Source of the DNA: Eledone cirrhosa
Taxonomy: Eukaryota
DNA: 64,000 nt
Assembly: GCA_964016885.1 (NCBI GenBank)
Contig: OZ024743.1
Coordinates: 236,282,001 to 236,346,000, forward strand
Direction: 5' to 3'
A model generated the notes under the pieces. It searched no databases. It had not been told where the DNA came from and saw nothing but the letters and a program-made list of their open reading frames with translations. Within the stretch, counting starts at the first letter, position 1. The number at the start of each line of letters is the position of its first letter. This document shows positions 52,652-64,000 of this stretch, in pieces. The translations under genes and the position numbers were made by a program.

Positions 52652-53829
52652 CTGCCTTTTATCGCATGTTAATATCGAGGTTTTCCTTCCTTGTTGATTT
52701 CCTTGTCGTTTAGCCCTAGGTCAGCTCTAACCCAACAGGTCAATGATCAAAAGTGTTCCAACCATGACTAACCCGTATTTTTCCCAGACACAGTAGAGTA
52801 GATCAAATACTGTGTTTTTCTTTTTCTTAAGAACGTAGAATATAATTTATGGGATATTTGGCTACTATTTCTAGCATGTCAAGCGACTATGTAGAAACTA
52901 CATCGTTAAAAAGTACTTTTCCTATAACATTGTAATCACCTAAAGTAATCAATTTGAAAGAATATGCAATAAGTGGAAGCAAGGAAAATAGTGGGGAAAT
53001 AAAACTAATAATTATATCAGCAACATTAGTTCAGTACGTCATTACAATTAAGTTTTACATTGTTGAAAGTTAATGAAATGAGATAGAAACCTGGTGAGGT
53101 TTAAAATATCTTTTCATTGGTTATTTAACCGTAACCTTGGAAGTAATTCCGCAACGATCTTCTCACAGGACTATTTAACAAGCTGGGAAAATTAATTTAA
53201 TTTACATTATTCGTGAATGTAGTAATTTTTGTTTCATTGGACTCCAGAAATATCGGTTGAAAAGGTCGTATGAACTAATTTCTGGAATCCAATAAAATTT
53301 GTCCTTTATATAACTTTAAATGGGTTTTCTTTTAACGTAATTTAAAGAAAAGGAAATAAGAAATTCATTATGCATTAATATTGATTTCTAGATTAAATAT
53401 TTAATATTTAGTAAATATTAAATATTGGATTTGAACTCAGAGAGCAGAGAGCTGGAGTACCACAAAACATTCTATACAACGTACTAACAACTCTGCCAAT
53501 TCACCGCCTGAATGTTGTTGTTGTTGTTGTTGTTGTTACAGCTCCCACCTATGTAGGTTTGGCTGGCCTCCTCCAATGTTGTACCTCATTGGAGGTTTCT
53601 TGAGCAATTTAATGATAGGGACCCCAGTCCTATCATCTCATTTCTACGGCTGAGTAAACTGGAACAACGTGAAATAAAGTGTCTTGCTCAAGGAAACAAC
53701 ACACCACCCGGTCCGAGAATTAAACTCACAACCTTTCGATTGCAAGCCCAATGCTCTAACCACTAAGCCATGTGGCTGAATGGTGATTATAATAGAAGAT
53801 TCCACCACAGTTCTGTTCAAAAACTATAT

Positions 53830-54262
53830 TTCTTCTTCTTCTTCTTCTTCTTCTTCTTCTTCTTCTTCTTCTTCTTCTTCTTCTTCTTCTTCTTCTTCTT
53901 CTTCTTCTTCTTCTTCTTCTTCTTCTTCTTCTTCTTCCTGAGAGGGTCGTAGAGATAGAGCCCTCAGACACGTCTTCCAAAGAGTACCATAAGAAACAAC
54001 CTGTACCAAATCATCCGCTGGATCCCTGAGACCAACCGAGCTCATCAATGTTATCCAACCAATTTTACTCGGGGTCTACCTCCTGGTCTCCTGCTGGTCA
54101 CTTTGCCCGTAAAAATCTTTCCAGCGATTCTTTCCTTACACATGTCAACAGTATCAGAGCTGTGATATCTCAATTCGGAGAATTAACGGCTCTATCTGGA
54201 GCGACCTCCTGAACTCCGAGCTACGCACTCTATCGAGTAACTTTACACCAAAAGCCCTACGG
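53830..54262 (-). mobile_element. RTE LINE 3' fragment with (GAA)n tail
   Basis: Reverse-complement homology to 51215-51490; (TTC)n at 53830-53937. Confidence 0.8.
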
Positions 54263-54522
54263 AGGAACTACATTTCAGCTGCTAATATTTGCGATATTAT
54301 TCTGTCGGTCAATACTGAAGACTCATGACCATAGGTAAGGGTTGGCACGAATACCAAACACCACTTCTTTATTAATTACGACTTTTATATAACTAAAAAA
54401 AGGGGGCAGTGAAACAGCAGAGTTGTTAGAACGTCGGATAGAATACTTTGCGGTATTTGTTCCCTCTTTCTGGTCTCTGATCTGAGGTCGATAAATAAAG
54501 TACCAATTCTGTACTGGAATCG

Positions 54523-54595
<73 letters not shown>

Positions 54596-55397
54596 TTATC
54601 TATCTATCTATTTTTCCCTCTCACACACACACACGCACATACACATGCACACTTTCTGTGGAGGATATCATCTATGTTCCGACCTGGGGAGAGATGGGCT
54701 CCGCCAGGTTGAAATATGTAGGGACGCCGTCATGACATAGGGCGGCGTCCCTAAGGTTCCATCAGAGGTACAAGGCCCCATATAACAATACACGGGTGTG
54801 TACTCCCCACTCTGCCATTTTCTTTCTTCTCTATCTTGTCAAAACTCCTGGACTCGTAACATTGATAAATGCAATTACAATGCAGAAAAGAAAACTAATT
54901 TTGTCCTGATCTCGGCTAGATGTAGTTAAAACAACTGTGAAACTAGCCTTTGTAAACAACTATTTACATTAGAATAAGTGTAGACGTCATACAAAGTATA
55001 TATATATATTATATAACGTAATAAACTGACCTGTAGACCTATTATTCTAACGTCAATATTTGTTTACAAAACCTTTTCACATAGATGTTTTAACTGTATC
55101 TAGACGTTTGCCGGGATTGTGAGAAAATCGTTTTTAAAGAGAAACTTTTCTGGGTTATTTTTAAACATAAAAAGACACAAGGAATTTTCTAAAAATTATT
55201 CACGTGGTTCTCACCAGCCTCGGGTGATAGTGGCAACAGTTAATGTACATTCTAGAATAACATTAGAACTGAAACATGAGCGTAGAAAGAGCTGAAATGT
55301 CCCTTATTGTCTATTATTGTTTTAATTCTGTCAGTGCGGATTATTTTGTTGTATTTTACTCTTTGGTATTTAAAATACGTTCATCTTATGATTTAAA

Positions 55398-56148
55398 TTT
55401 AAACTATAATAAAGTAAGGAGTACGGAACTGCGTCCAGAATATATTTGTTTAATCCCGTTTGTAAAATAAGTTGGATTACTTTGAATAAATAATTGTTTC
55501 TACTTTTGGCACAAGGCCAGCAAATACCCAGTACATTACTGGTACTTTATTTTATCGACCCCGTAAGGATGAAAGGCAAAGTTAACCTCGGCGGGATTTG
55601 AACTCAGACTGTAAAGGGACGTAACTATGCTAGAAAGCATGGCGTCCGACCCTCTACCGATACTGCCAATCCACCGCCCTTACTTTGAATAAATAATTGT
55701 CTCTACTTTAGGCACAAGGCCAACAATTACCCAGTGCATTACTGGTACTTTATTTTATCGACCCCGTAAGGATGAAAGGCAAAGTCAACCTCGGCGGGAT
55801 TTGAACTCAGATCGTAAAGGGACGTAACTATGCTGGAAAGCATGGCGTCCGACCCTCTACCGATACTGCCAATCCACCGCCCTTACTTTGAATAAATAAT
55901 GAATGAATATTACATAATTTCGTTATTCTTGATTAAATATAAATAATATTGTTGCTTATTTTAAGATTCACTTCTTTAAAATTTTCAAATGTCAACACTT
56001 CCGGTTAGCGATCGTTTAAATAAACATTCATATATTTCCATCACTAATTTTCTCCTAATGCAGTATATATATAATATCGTCTTTTTTTAATGTATCATGG
56101 ATTACGTTACTGATTACATTAGACAGTGTAACGCAGTCTTCGTTCAAT
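55398..56148 (-). repeat. Inverted paralogue of 15270-15815, with the SINE plus TSD unit tandemly doubled
   Basis: Same unique flanks and the same TSD (tactttgaataaataat, three times). Confidence 0.9.
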
Positions 56149-57025
56149 TTCTGTGTATATTGTCAATTACGATTTTATTTGATGTATCATATCTACATGT
56201 ATATAGACTTGCGTATAATATCAATATACACACTACACATGCTAGTAGAAAAACCACCTAAAAACAATGGTGGTTTTTCTGCTAGTTAAAATAATAAAAT
56301 ATAGACAAAAATATTAATAAATATTAAATATTGGTTGGAAATTTTTAATTCTTTCTAATGGCCGCACAGAATGGCACAGAAGGCCGCAGGTTCCCATCTC
56401 TGGGTTAGTGAGTGCGAATCACGATCGTAAGATTCGAGTTCGATTCCAGGTAGCACGTTGTGTTCTTGAGCAAGACACTTTATTTCATGTTGCTACACTC
56501 CAAAAACGAGTTGTACCTGTAATTGGAAGGGCGAATCTTGTCACCCTGAATCTCCCTGAGAATTACGTTAAGTGTACACGTGTCTGTGGAATGCTCAGTC
56601 AGTTACAGTTGACAGCTGAAAAGTTCATAGGCTGACTATGAAGGAATGATGCTAGGGCTATGAAATCTTGCATGCATTAATTTCAACTTTTATTATTAAT
56701 AACTGCATTTATGATCTGAGTTCAAATCTCGCCGAGGTTAACTTTGCCTTTCATCCTTACGAGGTCGATAAATAAAGTACCAGTCACGCACTGGGGTCGA
56801 TTTAATCGACTTTCCCCTCCCCCGAAATTACTGGCCTTGTGCCTATATAAGAAACCATTATTAATAACTGCATTATTTCTTTCCGGGACTAAATTGAAAA
56901 ATAAACCCCATTTGGTCATTCCATGAGAGTATCTTGGTCAGTCTATGAACTTTTCAGCGTCTCCTCAGCTAATATGTATTTGTTTATAGAAAAGACCGTC
57001 CTTATCATACACTGTGTTGCGCTGA

Positions 57026-58751
57026 ATGATGATGGTGATGATGGGGCTGCTGCTGCTGTTGCTGCTGGTGGTGGTGGTGCTGCTGGTGCTGGTGCTGGTG
57101 GTGATAGTGGTAGTGGTGGTAGTGGTGATGATGGTGGTGGTGGTGATGATGATGGTGGTGGTGGTGATGATGATGATGGTGGGGGGGGGGTGATGATGAT
57201 GGTGGTGGTGATGATGAGAGTGGTGGTGGTGGTAGTGGTGGTAGTGGTAGTGGTGGTAGTGGTGATGATGGTGGTGGTGGTGATTGTGGTGATGATGATG
57301 GTGGTGGTGGTGATGATAGTGGTGGTGCTGATGGTGGTTGTGATGATGATGGTGGTGGTGATGATGATGATGGTGGTGGTTGTGATAATGATGGTGGTGG
57401 TGGTGGTAGTGGTGGTGGTGGTGATGATGGTGGTGGTGGTGGTAATGATGGTGGTGGTGGTGGTGATGATGGTAGTGGTGGTGGTGGTAATGATGGTGGT
57501 GGTGGTGGTGATGATGGTGGTGGTGGTGGTGATGATGATGATGGTGGTGGTGGTGATGGTGGTGGTGATGGTAATGATGATAATGATGGTGCAGGTGGTG
57601 ATGGCGGTGGTGGTGGTGATGATGATGGTGGTGGTGGTGATGATGATGGTGGTGGTGGTGGTGGTGGTGGTGGTGATGGTGGTGATTATGATGGTGGTGG
57701 TGGTGGTGGTGGTGGTGATGGTGGTGATGATGATGGTGGTGGTGGTGGTGGTGGTGGTGATGATGGTGGTGGAGGTGGTGGTGGTGGTGGTGATGATGGT
57801 GGTGGAGGTGGTGGTGGTGGCGATGGTGGTGGTGGTGGTGGTGGTGATGGTGGTGGTGGTGGTGGTGGTGGTGATGGTGGTGATGATGATGGTGGTGGTG
57901 GTGGTGGTGGTGGTGATGATGGTGGTGGAGGTGGTGGTGGTGGCGATGGTGGTGGTGGTGGTGGTGGTGGTGGCGATGGTGGTGGTGGTGGTGGTGGTGA
58001 TGATGGTGGTGATGGTGATGGTGGTGATGATGATGGTGGTGGTGGTGGTGGTGGTGGTGGTGGTGGTGGTGGTGGTGATGGTGATGGTGGTGATGATGAT
58101 GGTGGTGGTGGTGGTGGTGGTGGTGGTGGAGGTGGTGGTAGTGGTGGTGGTAATGATGATGATAATGATGGTGCAGGTGGTGATGGCGGTGGTGGTGGTG
58201 ATGATGATGATGGTGGTGGTCGTGATAGTGATGTTGATGGTTATGGTGATGGTGGTGGTGATGGTTATAGTGATGGTGATGGTTATAGTGATGGTGATGG
58301 CTATAGTGATGGTGATGGTTATAGGGATGGTGATGGTGATGGTGATGGTTATAGTGATGGTGATGTTGATGATTATAGTGATGGTGATGGTGATGGTTAT
58401 AGTGATGGTGATGTTGATGGTTATAGTGATGGTGATGGTTATAGTGATGGTGAGGTTGATGGCTATAGTGATGGTGATGGTTATAGGGATGGTGATGGTG
58501 ATGGTGATGGTTATAGTGATGGTGATGGTTATAGTGATGGTGATGGTTATAGTGATGGTGATGTTTATAGTGATGGTGGTGGTGATGGTTATAGTGATGG
58601 TGATGGTGATGGTGATGGTGATGGTGGTGGTGATGGTGATGGTGATGGTGATGGTTATAGTGATGGTGATGGTTATAGTGATGGTGATGGTGATGGTGGT
58701 GGTGATGGTGATGGTGATGGTGATGGTGATGGTGATGGTGATGGTGATGGT
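57026..58751. repeat. (GGT/GAT)n trinucleotide-derived array
   Basis: Direct inspection; source of the 629 and 625 aa low-complexity ORFs. Confidence 0.95.
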
Positions 58752-59668
58752 AAGAGTGACAGAAAGGTGGAACAACAAGGCTTTGTGTTCAGCTGTGAAG
58801 GTTAAACGATAAACATTCATTTCAAATTTTGAAAATCCTTTCCCAGTAAATTAGAGCAAAAGACATAAAAGGGGTGCGGGGGGTGGGGGGAACCTCTACC
58901 AATGACCCCTTTTATTTCAATTAATCTTCCCATTGACCTATAATTACTCCTCTTCCAGTAGTAATTGTTTCTAATTTTGGTACAAAGCCAGCAATTGTGG
59001 GAAGGGGAAAGTTGTTTATAACGATCCCAGCATATTACTGGTACTTCATTTTATTGACCCCGTAAGGATGAAAGGCAAAGGTAACCTGGTTGGGATTTGA
59101 ACTCAGAACGTAAAGGGCCGTAGCTATATGCCACAAAGTTATCCACAATCAAAAGAGTGACATGTTTATATTATAGCTGAATAGATAGTGTATATATTAT
59201 GTTATAAATACTTGAAATTGTTATACAATGAGAATAAAATCATGTTTATACCTTGAGAAGAACTGATATTCAATGTTTTAACGCCCACTTCAGTCACCAA
59301 TGACCATGGTTTTGTGCCGAGAAAGCTCCCCGCCGAGGCACAAGTCCGAGTAAAGTGTGTTTGTAGAAGACAGCAGTCAACACATACACACCAGTCTCTC
59401 TTCTCCACGCCATCGATGTTGCCCAATGGCTAATACAGCTTGGCACCAATGACGTCGCAACTCATATATATAGTTGAGTAAACTGGAGCACCATGAATAA
59501 AGTGTCTTGTTCAATGACACAACGCATCGCTCGGTCCGGGAATCGAACTCACAACCACACGATTGCAAGCCCTAACCACTAAGCCATGCGCCTCCCCTGA
59601 TATTCAATAAAAACAATATCAACACAGTATAGATATGCCATAGTGTGTATTATGTTTATAACGCTATA

Positions 59669-59747
59669 CAGGTGTGAGGCATAAAGACATCCTACATTCT
59701 TTTTTATATCGCTTCAAAATGTGGAAGGTCTTTATATCTCACACCTG
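59669..59747. mobile_element. 79-bp Tc1/mariner-type MITE
   Basis: TA|caggtgtgaggcataaagac ... gtctttatatctcacacctg|TA. Confidence 0.7.
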
Positions 59748-59811
59748 TACTGAGAGTTAAAACTTAGCTCTTGGACAATGAGTATTTGATATCTTAGCAT
59801 GATATATTAGA

Positions 59812-61712
59812 TAATAATAATGAAATTATTATGTACAGTGCTCAGGTGCACTACGACTCATCAAAGGTGTATGTATGGTACATAGAATAATATACAAATG
59901 TCAGGAAAGTGAATAGTGTATGAGTAATGATATACATGTGTGCGTGTGTAGGGAGGGGGAACATTAGGTGTAGTGTTGGCGAATCTCAGGAAGCATGGAG
60001 GTTTTAAAGGATACAATGTCTCGACAGCTAACAACTGATGCAGGTAGTTTGTTCCAAGGAGGTTTTAAAGGGTGCAGTGTCTCAACAGATAACAACTGAT
60101 GCAGGTAGTTTGTTCCAATGAGGTTTTAAAGGGTACAGTGTCTCAACAGATAACAACTGATGCAGGTAGTTTGTTCCATGGAGGTTTTAAAGGATGCAGT
60201 GTCTCAACAGCTAACAACTGATGCAGGTAGTTTGTTCCATGGAGGTTTTAAAGGATGCAGTGTCTTGACAGCTAACAACTGATGCATGTAGTGTGTTCCA
60301 TGGAGGTTTTAAAGGATGCAGTGTCTCAACAGCTAACAACTGATGCAGGTAGTTTGTTCCAAGGAGGTTTTAAAGGGTGCAGTGTCTTGACAGCTAACAA
60401 CTGATGCATGTAGTGTGTTCCATGGAGGTTTTAAAGGATGCAGTGTCTCGACAGCTAACAACTGATACAGGTAGTTTGTTTCATGGAGGTTTTAAAGGAT
60501 GCAGTGTCTCGACAGCTAACAACTGATGCAGGTAGTTGTTCCATGGAGGTTTTAAAGGATGCAGTGTCTCAAAACAGCTAACAACTGATGCAGGTAGTTT
60601 GTTCCATGGAGGTTTTAAAGGATGCAGTGTCTCAACAGCTAACAACTGATGCAGGTAGTTTGTTCCATGGAGGTTTTAAAGGATGCAGTGTCTCAAAACA
60701 GCTAACAACTGATGCAGGTAGTTTGTTCCATGGAGGTTTTAAAGGATGCAGTGTCTCGACAGCTAACAACTGATGCAGGTAGTTTGTTCCATGGAGGTTT
60801 TAAAGGATGCAGTGTCTCAACAGCTAACAACTGATGCAGGTAGTTTGTTCCATGGAGGTTTTAAAGGATGCAGTGTCTCGACAGCTAACAACTGATGCAG
60901 GTAGTTTGTTCCATGGAGGTTTTAAAGGATGCAGTGTCTCAAAACAGCTAACAACTGATGCAGGTAGTTTGTTCCATGGAGGTTTTAAAGGATGCAGTGT
61001 CTCAAAACAGCTAACAACTGATGCAGGTAGTTTGTTCCATGGAGGTTTTAAAGGATGCAGTGTCTTGACAGCTAACAACTGATGCATGTAGTGTGTTCTA
61101 TGGAGGTTTTAAAGGATGCAGTGTCTCGACAGCTAACAACTGATACAGGTAGTTTGTTCCATGGAGGTTTTAAAGGATGCAGTGTCTCGACAGCTAACAA
61201 CTGATGCAGGTAGTTTGTTCCATGGAGGTTTTAAAGGATGCAGTGTCTCAAAACAGCTAACAACTGATGCAGGTCGTTTGTTCCATGGAGGTTTTAAAGG
61301 ATGCAGTGTCTCAACAGCTAACAACTGATGCAGGTAGTTTGTTCCATGGAGGTTTTAAAGGATGCAGTGTCTGGACAGCTAACAACTGATGCATGTAGTG
61401 TGTTCCATGGAGGTTTTAAAGGATGCAGTGTCTCGACAGCTCACAACTGATGCAGGTAGTGTGTTCCATGCTTCAACAACTCTGAGCGTGAAAAAATGTT
61501 TCCAAAAGTCAATGGAGCTATGCTGTTTTCTGACTTTGTAGGCATGCCCACGTGTGTTAGACACATGGAAGTCAAAAAGGTGCTCAGGGTTGTTGTTAGC
61601 AAGATGGTTAATAATGTTGTGGGTGTTTACCAAGTCAGTTGCCAGACATCGGAGCTTCAATGTATCCATGCCCATGGAAGTAAGGCGTTCAGAGTATGGT
61701 AGATGCCTGATG
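59812..61712 (-). mobile_element. CR1-group LINE 3' end with (ATT)n tail
   Basis: TRGHAYKVRK...KHFFTLRVVEAWNTLPASVVSC...SFKTSM, then 3' UTR. Confidence 0.88.
59994..61470. repeat. 61-bp tandem array of about 24 units inside the CR1 ORF2 C-terminus
   Basis: catggaggttttaaaggatgcagtgtctcgacagctaacaactgatgcaggtagtttgttc. Confidence 0.95.
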
Positions 61713-62884
61713 GAGGGTATGTATTGATAGAAATAACTCTAAATCTGGTTCTAAATGTCACTTTTGGGGATATAAATATACACCATCTCAATATCTTACA
61801 TTTGATAAAACTTGTATTAAACGTGTTAAAAATAAATAATTTTTCCAGGAAAATAAACCAGGAAAAATGTCTGAGAAAATTGAAGAAATTGAAAAATGAA
61901 GTTTCTGGAAATTGTTATAAAATTGGTGTAAAAATATAACCTCGATCAATGTATAAAAGGTAAATTGAGACAGGTAAGTAAACTGTAATACCTTGTAATG
62001 TCTCCCCCTCCTTCATCCTACTTATCCTCCTCTTCCCCCTCCTCCTCCTCCTCCTCTTAAGTCACTCCTCTGTAATACCTCACAACTTCTTGGTGGATTT
62101 CTATAAACTAAAAATAAGAAAATATCTAAAGTATCGTTTCATGGACCAGGCATTGAAATTTGGGGAAATATGACACATTAATGGAAACTGGAACAAGGGT
62201 AGATGTTGCGAGGTGGGGCTGTGTAATATAGAAATAGTGTAGATGTTGTGAGGTGGGGTTGTATAATGTAGAAAGAGGGTAGCTGTTGCGTTGTGAGGTT
62301 GTTGTGTAATAGATGTTTGAACATCAATGGAAACACTTCCCTTGGTTCCAATCATCTCCTGATCTTTTTGATGTTAAATAAGAGAAAAAGAGAACATGGC
62401 ACCATAGGAAAAATAAACCTGGCAAGAAAAATCTGATTTCATATTTAGATTTCATACGTAAAAATACATTTTAATTCTCATCAAAACAATTTTTCTTGCT
62501 GTATATGTAATAAATGTTTTTAAATGTCTTGATATATTTTATTGAAAGGAGATTATAAAAATGTTTTATAAGCGAAAATATGAGGAATAAAATTTAGTAG
62601 AATCATAACATCGTTAACCCAATAATAGGATGTAATTAAAGGAACATTATGGTTCATTATAATACAAACAGCTCTTCATCTAAATGTCCTTTACCCTGTT
62701 ACTTCATTTCATATTTAGCTCCTTACAAATTTCTCTGTTGAACACAATTTAATTTGAATGGTCATAAGGCTGTTTTCCACCTACAGGCTGATGTAGAGAG
62801 AAGGCCCATTCACACGGATAGACAGGCAGACAGACAGACAGAAAGTCAGATAGATAGATAGATAAATAGATAGATAGATAGATA

Positions 62885-64000
62885 TATTTCTTTATTAGCC
62901 GCAAGGGCGCACAAGAAAAGGGGACAATACAAAGACATGCCGGGGATTTTACATACAGTCGTGTAAAAAATATAAAAACAAACAATTACAACAATCGAAA
63001 TCCCAATAAGGGGGAGGCACCACAAATGGGTTGTTTAATACTCCGTCGATAGAACAACCCTCAACTCCAGGAGCGTGTTGTACAAGTGCTCCTTTCTTCC
63101 CTTTGCTCTCTTCTTCAACCTACAGGCTTATAAACAGAGAAGGCCCAATCACTCGAGCCATTTTCGCTTCATTAACCAACCTTTCAGTAAATTTACTGGG
63201 GTGTAGTGCCTCTCTCTCCACTCTGATTCTCCTTCTAAAATGATACTTACAGAAGGGAATCAATTGTTGTCCGGAGAGAAAGGCATCTGTCCTCAGTCCT
63301 CTCAATCTCGTCCACCATATAACTTCTTTCACTATAGCCACCGTACAGAGGAAAACCGCCTCTCTTTCGTTTTTGAAAGAGGCTGGCGGTTTGATCCTTA
63401 CTATGGACTCGGCAGTCAACTAGATTTGTCCCATACGCGACAGTAGTTGTTCTGCATAGTTCCACAGGTCGGTTACGCCCGGTCAGTGTACGATTGCGTG
63501 CAGGACTGTTTCAACGTCCTGCGCGCATCTTGGACACGTCCTCTTGGAAGGATCACTGCCTGTAGATCTTGTCAAGAACCGGTAGAGATCCTAGGTAGCA
63601 CTGCCAGGCTAGGGACCTCTGGAAGTTGTCCACAGGTCCCGGGCGGAAAGTCCTACCAAACAGACTGGTGAGCTCATCGTCTTCGACGCCCAGAGTCTCT
63701 CCGAGCACGTCGTCGCCCTTGTAACGTACAATCCCTCTATAGAATGTCGAAGTGGAGTCTCCACTAATTGCTGCGCCCGCTTGCCAGAGGACTGTGAGCG
63801 CCTGAGCGCATTCAATGTGCCAGGCGCCCATCGTTTTCGGTCTTTCCTTGACCCAGGACTGCAGCCCGTCAGCGAGACGAGCTGTGGGAAAGCCTGTCTC
63901 ACAAACGGTGCCCACACAGGTTGTGGGTCGGTGAGGAATACCTGGAGATGACGCAGCCTCAGCGCATGTTTGCGCATCATCAGCCACGGCATTCCCAGCC
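62885..64000 (-). mobile_element. Tx1/L1-clade LINE fragment, frameshifted, continues past the right edge
   Basis: GLGMPWLMMRKHALRL-type RT tail, SLAWQCY.G.LPV; homologous to 31740-32640; 3' end abuts (TATC)n. Confidence 0.85.

Noticed and set aside
56923-58820. 629 and 625 aa ORFs
   Set aside because: Translations of a (GGT/GAT)n array that is stop-free on both strands by composition.
61703-62420. Host exons in unique sequence near 61.7-62.4 kb and 39.6-39.8 kb
   Set aside because: Short ORFs without recognisable motifs or a consistent splice phase; cannot be supported from sequence alone.

Overview
AT-rich, essentially gene-free eukaryotic repeat DNA. The SINE types (tRNA-headed Nin/Deu-domain and CORE-domain), long (TA)n tracts and LINE repertoire suggest a mollusc, probably an octopus; this is inferred, not searched. 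No intact host gene can be supported, and most listed ORFs are microsatellite artefacts. Main contents: (1) a 7.4-kb array of a 46-bp satellite with a 2989-bp higher-order duplication; (2) a head-to-tail stack of four R4/Dong-clade RT-RLE retrotransposons (17.2-28.7 kb), each junction in (CATA)n tracts next to antisense RTE remnants; (3) fragments of CRE, Tx1/L1, RTE, CR1, Penelope, Helitron and MITE elements; (4) two satellites born inside LINE coding sequence (123 bp from RTE, 61 bp from CR1). The most striking hidden signal is a dense set of about 15 minimal type-I hammerhead ribozyme (HHR) motifs from several sequence-unrelated families. They lie in short non-coding Penelope-pLTR/retrozyme-like units embedded in (TA)n and usually carry an inverted partial copy of themselves. 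At 42.9-43.9 kb there are three identical HHRs: one antisense, plus a tandem pair 424 nt apart that could release a self-cleaved, circularisable RNA. All folds were paired by eye and none is tested for activity.
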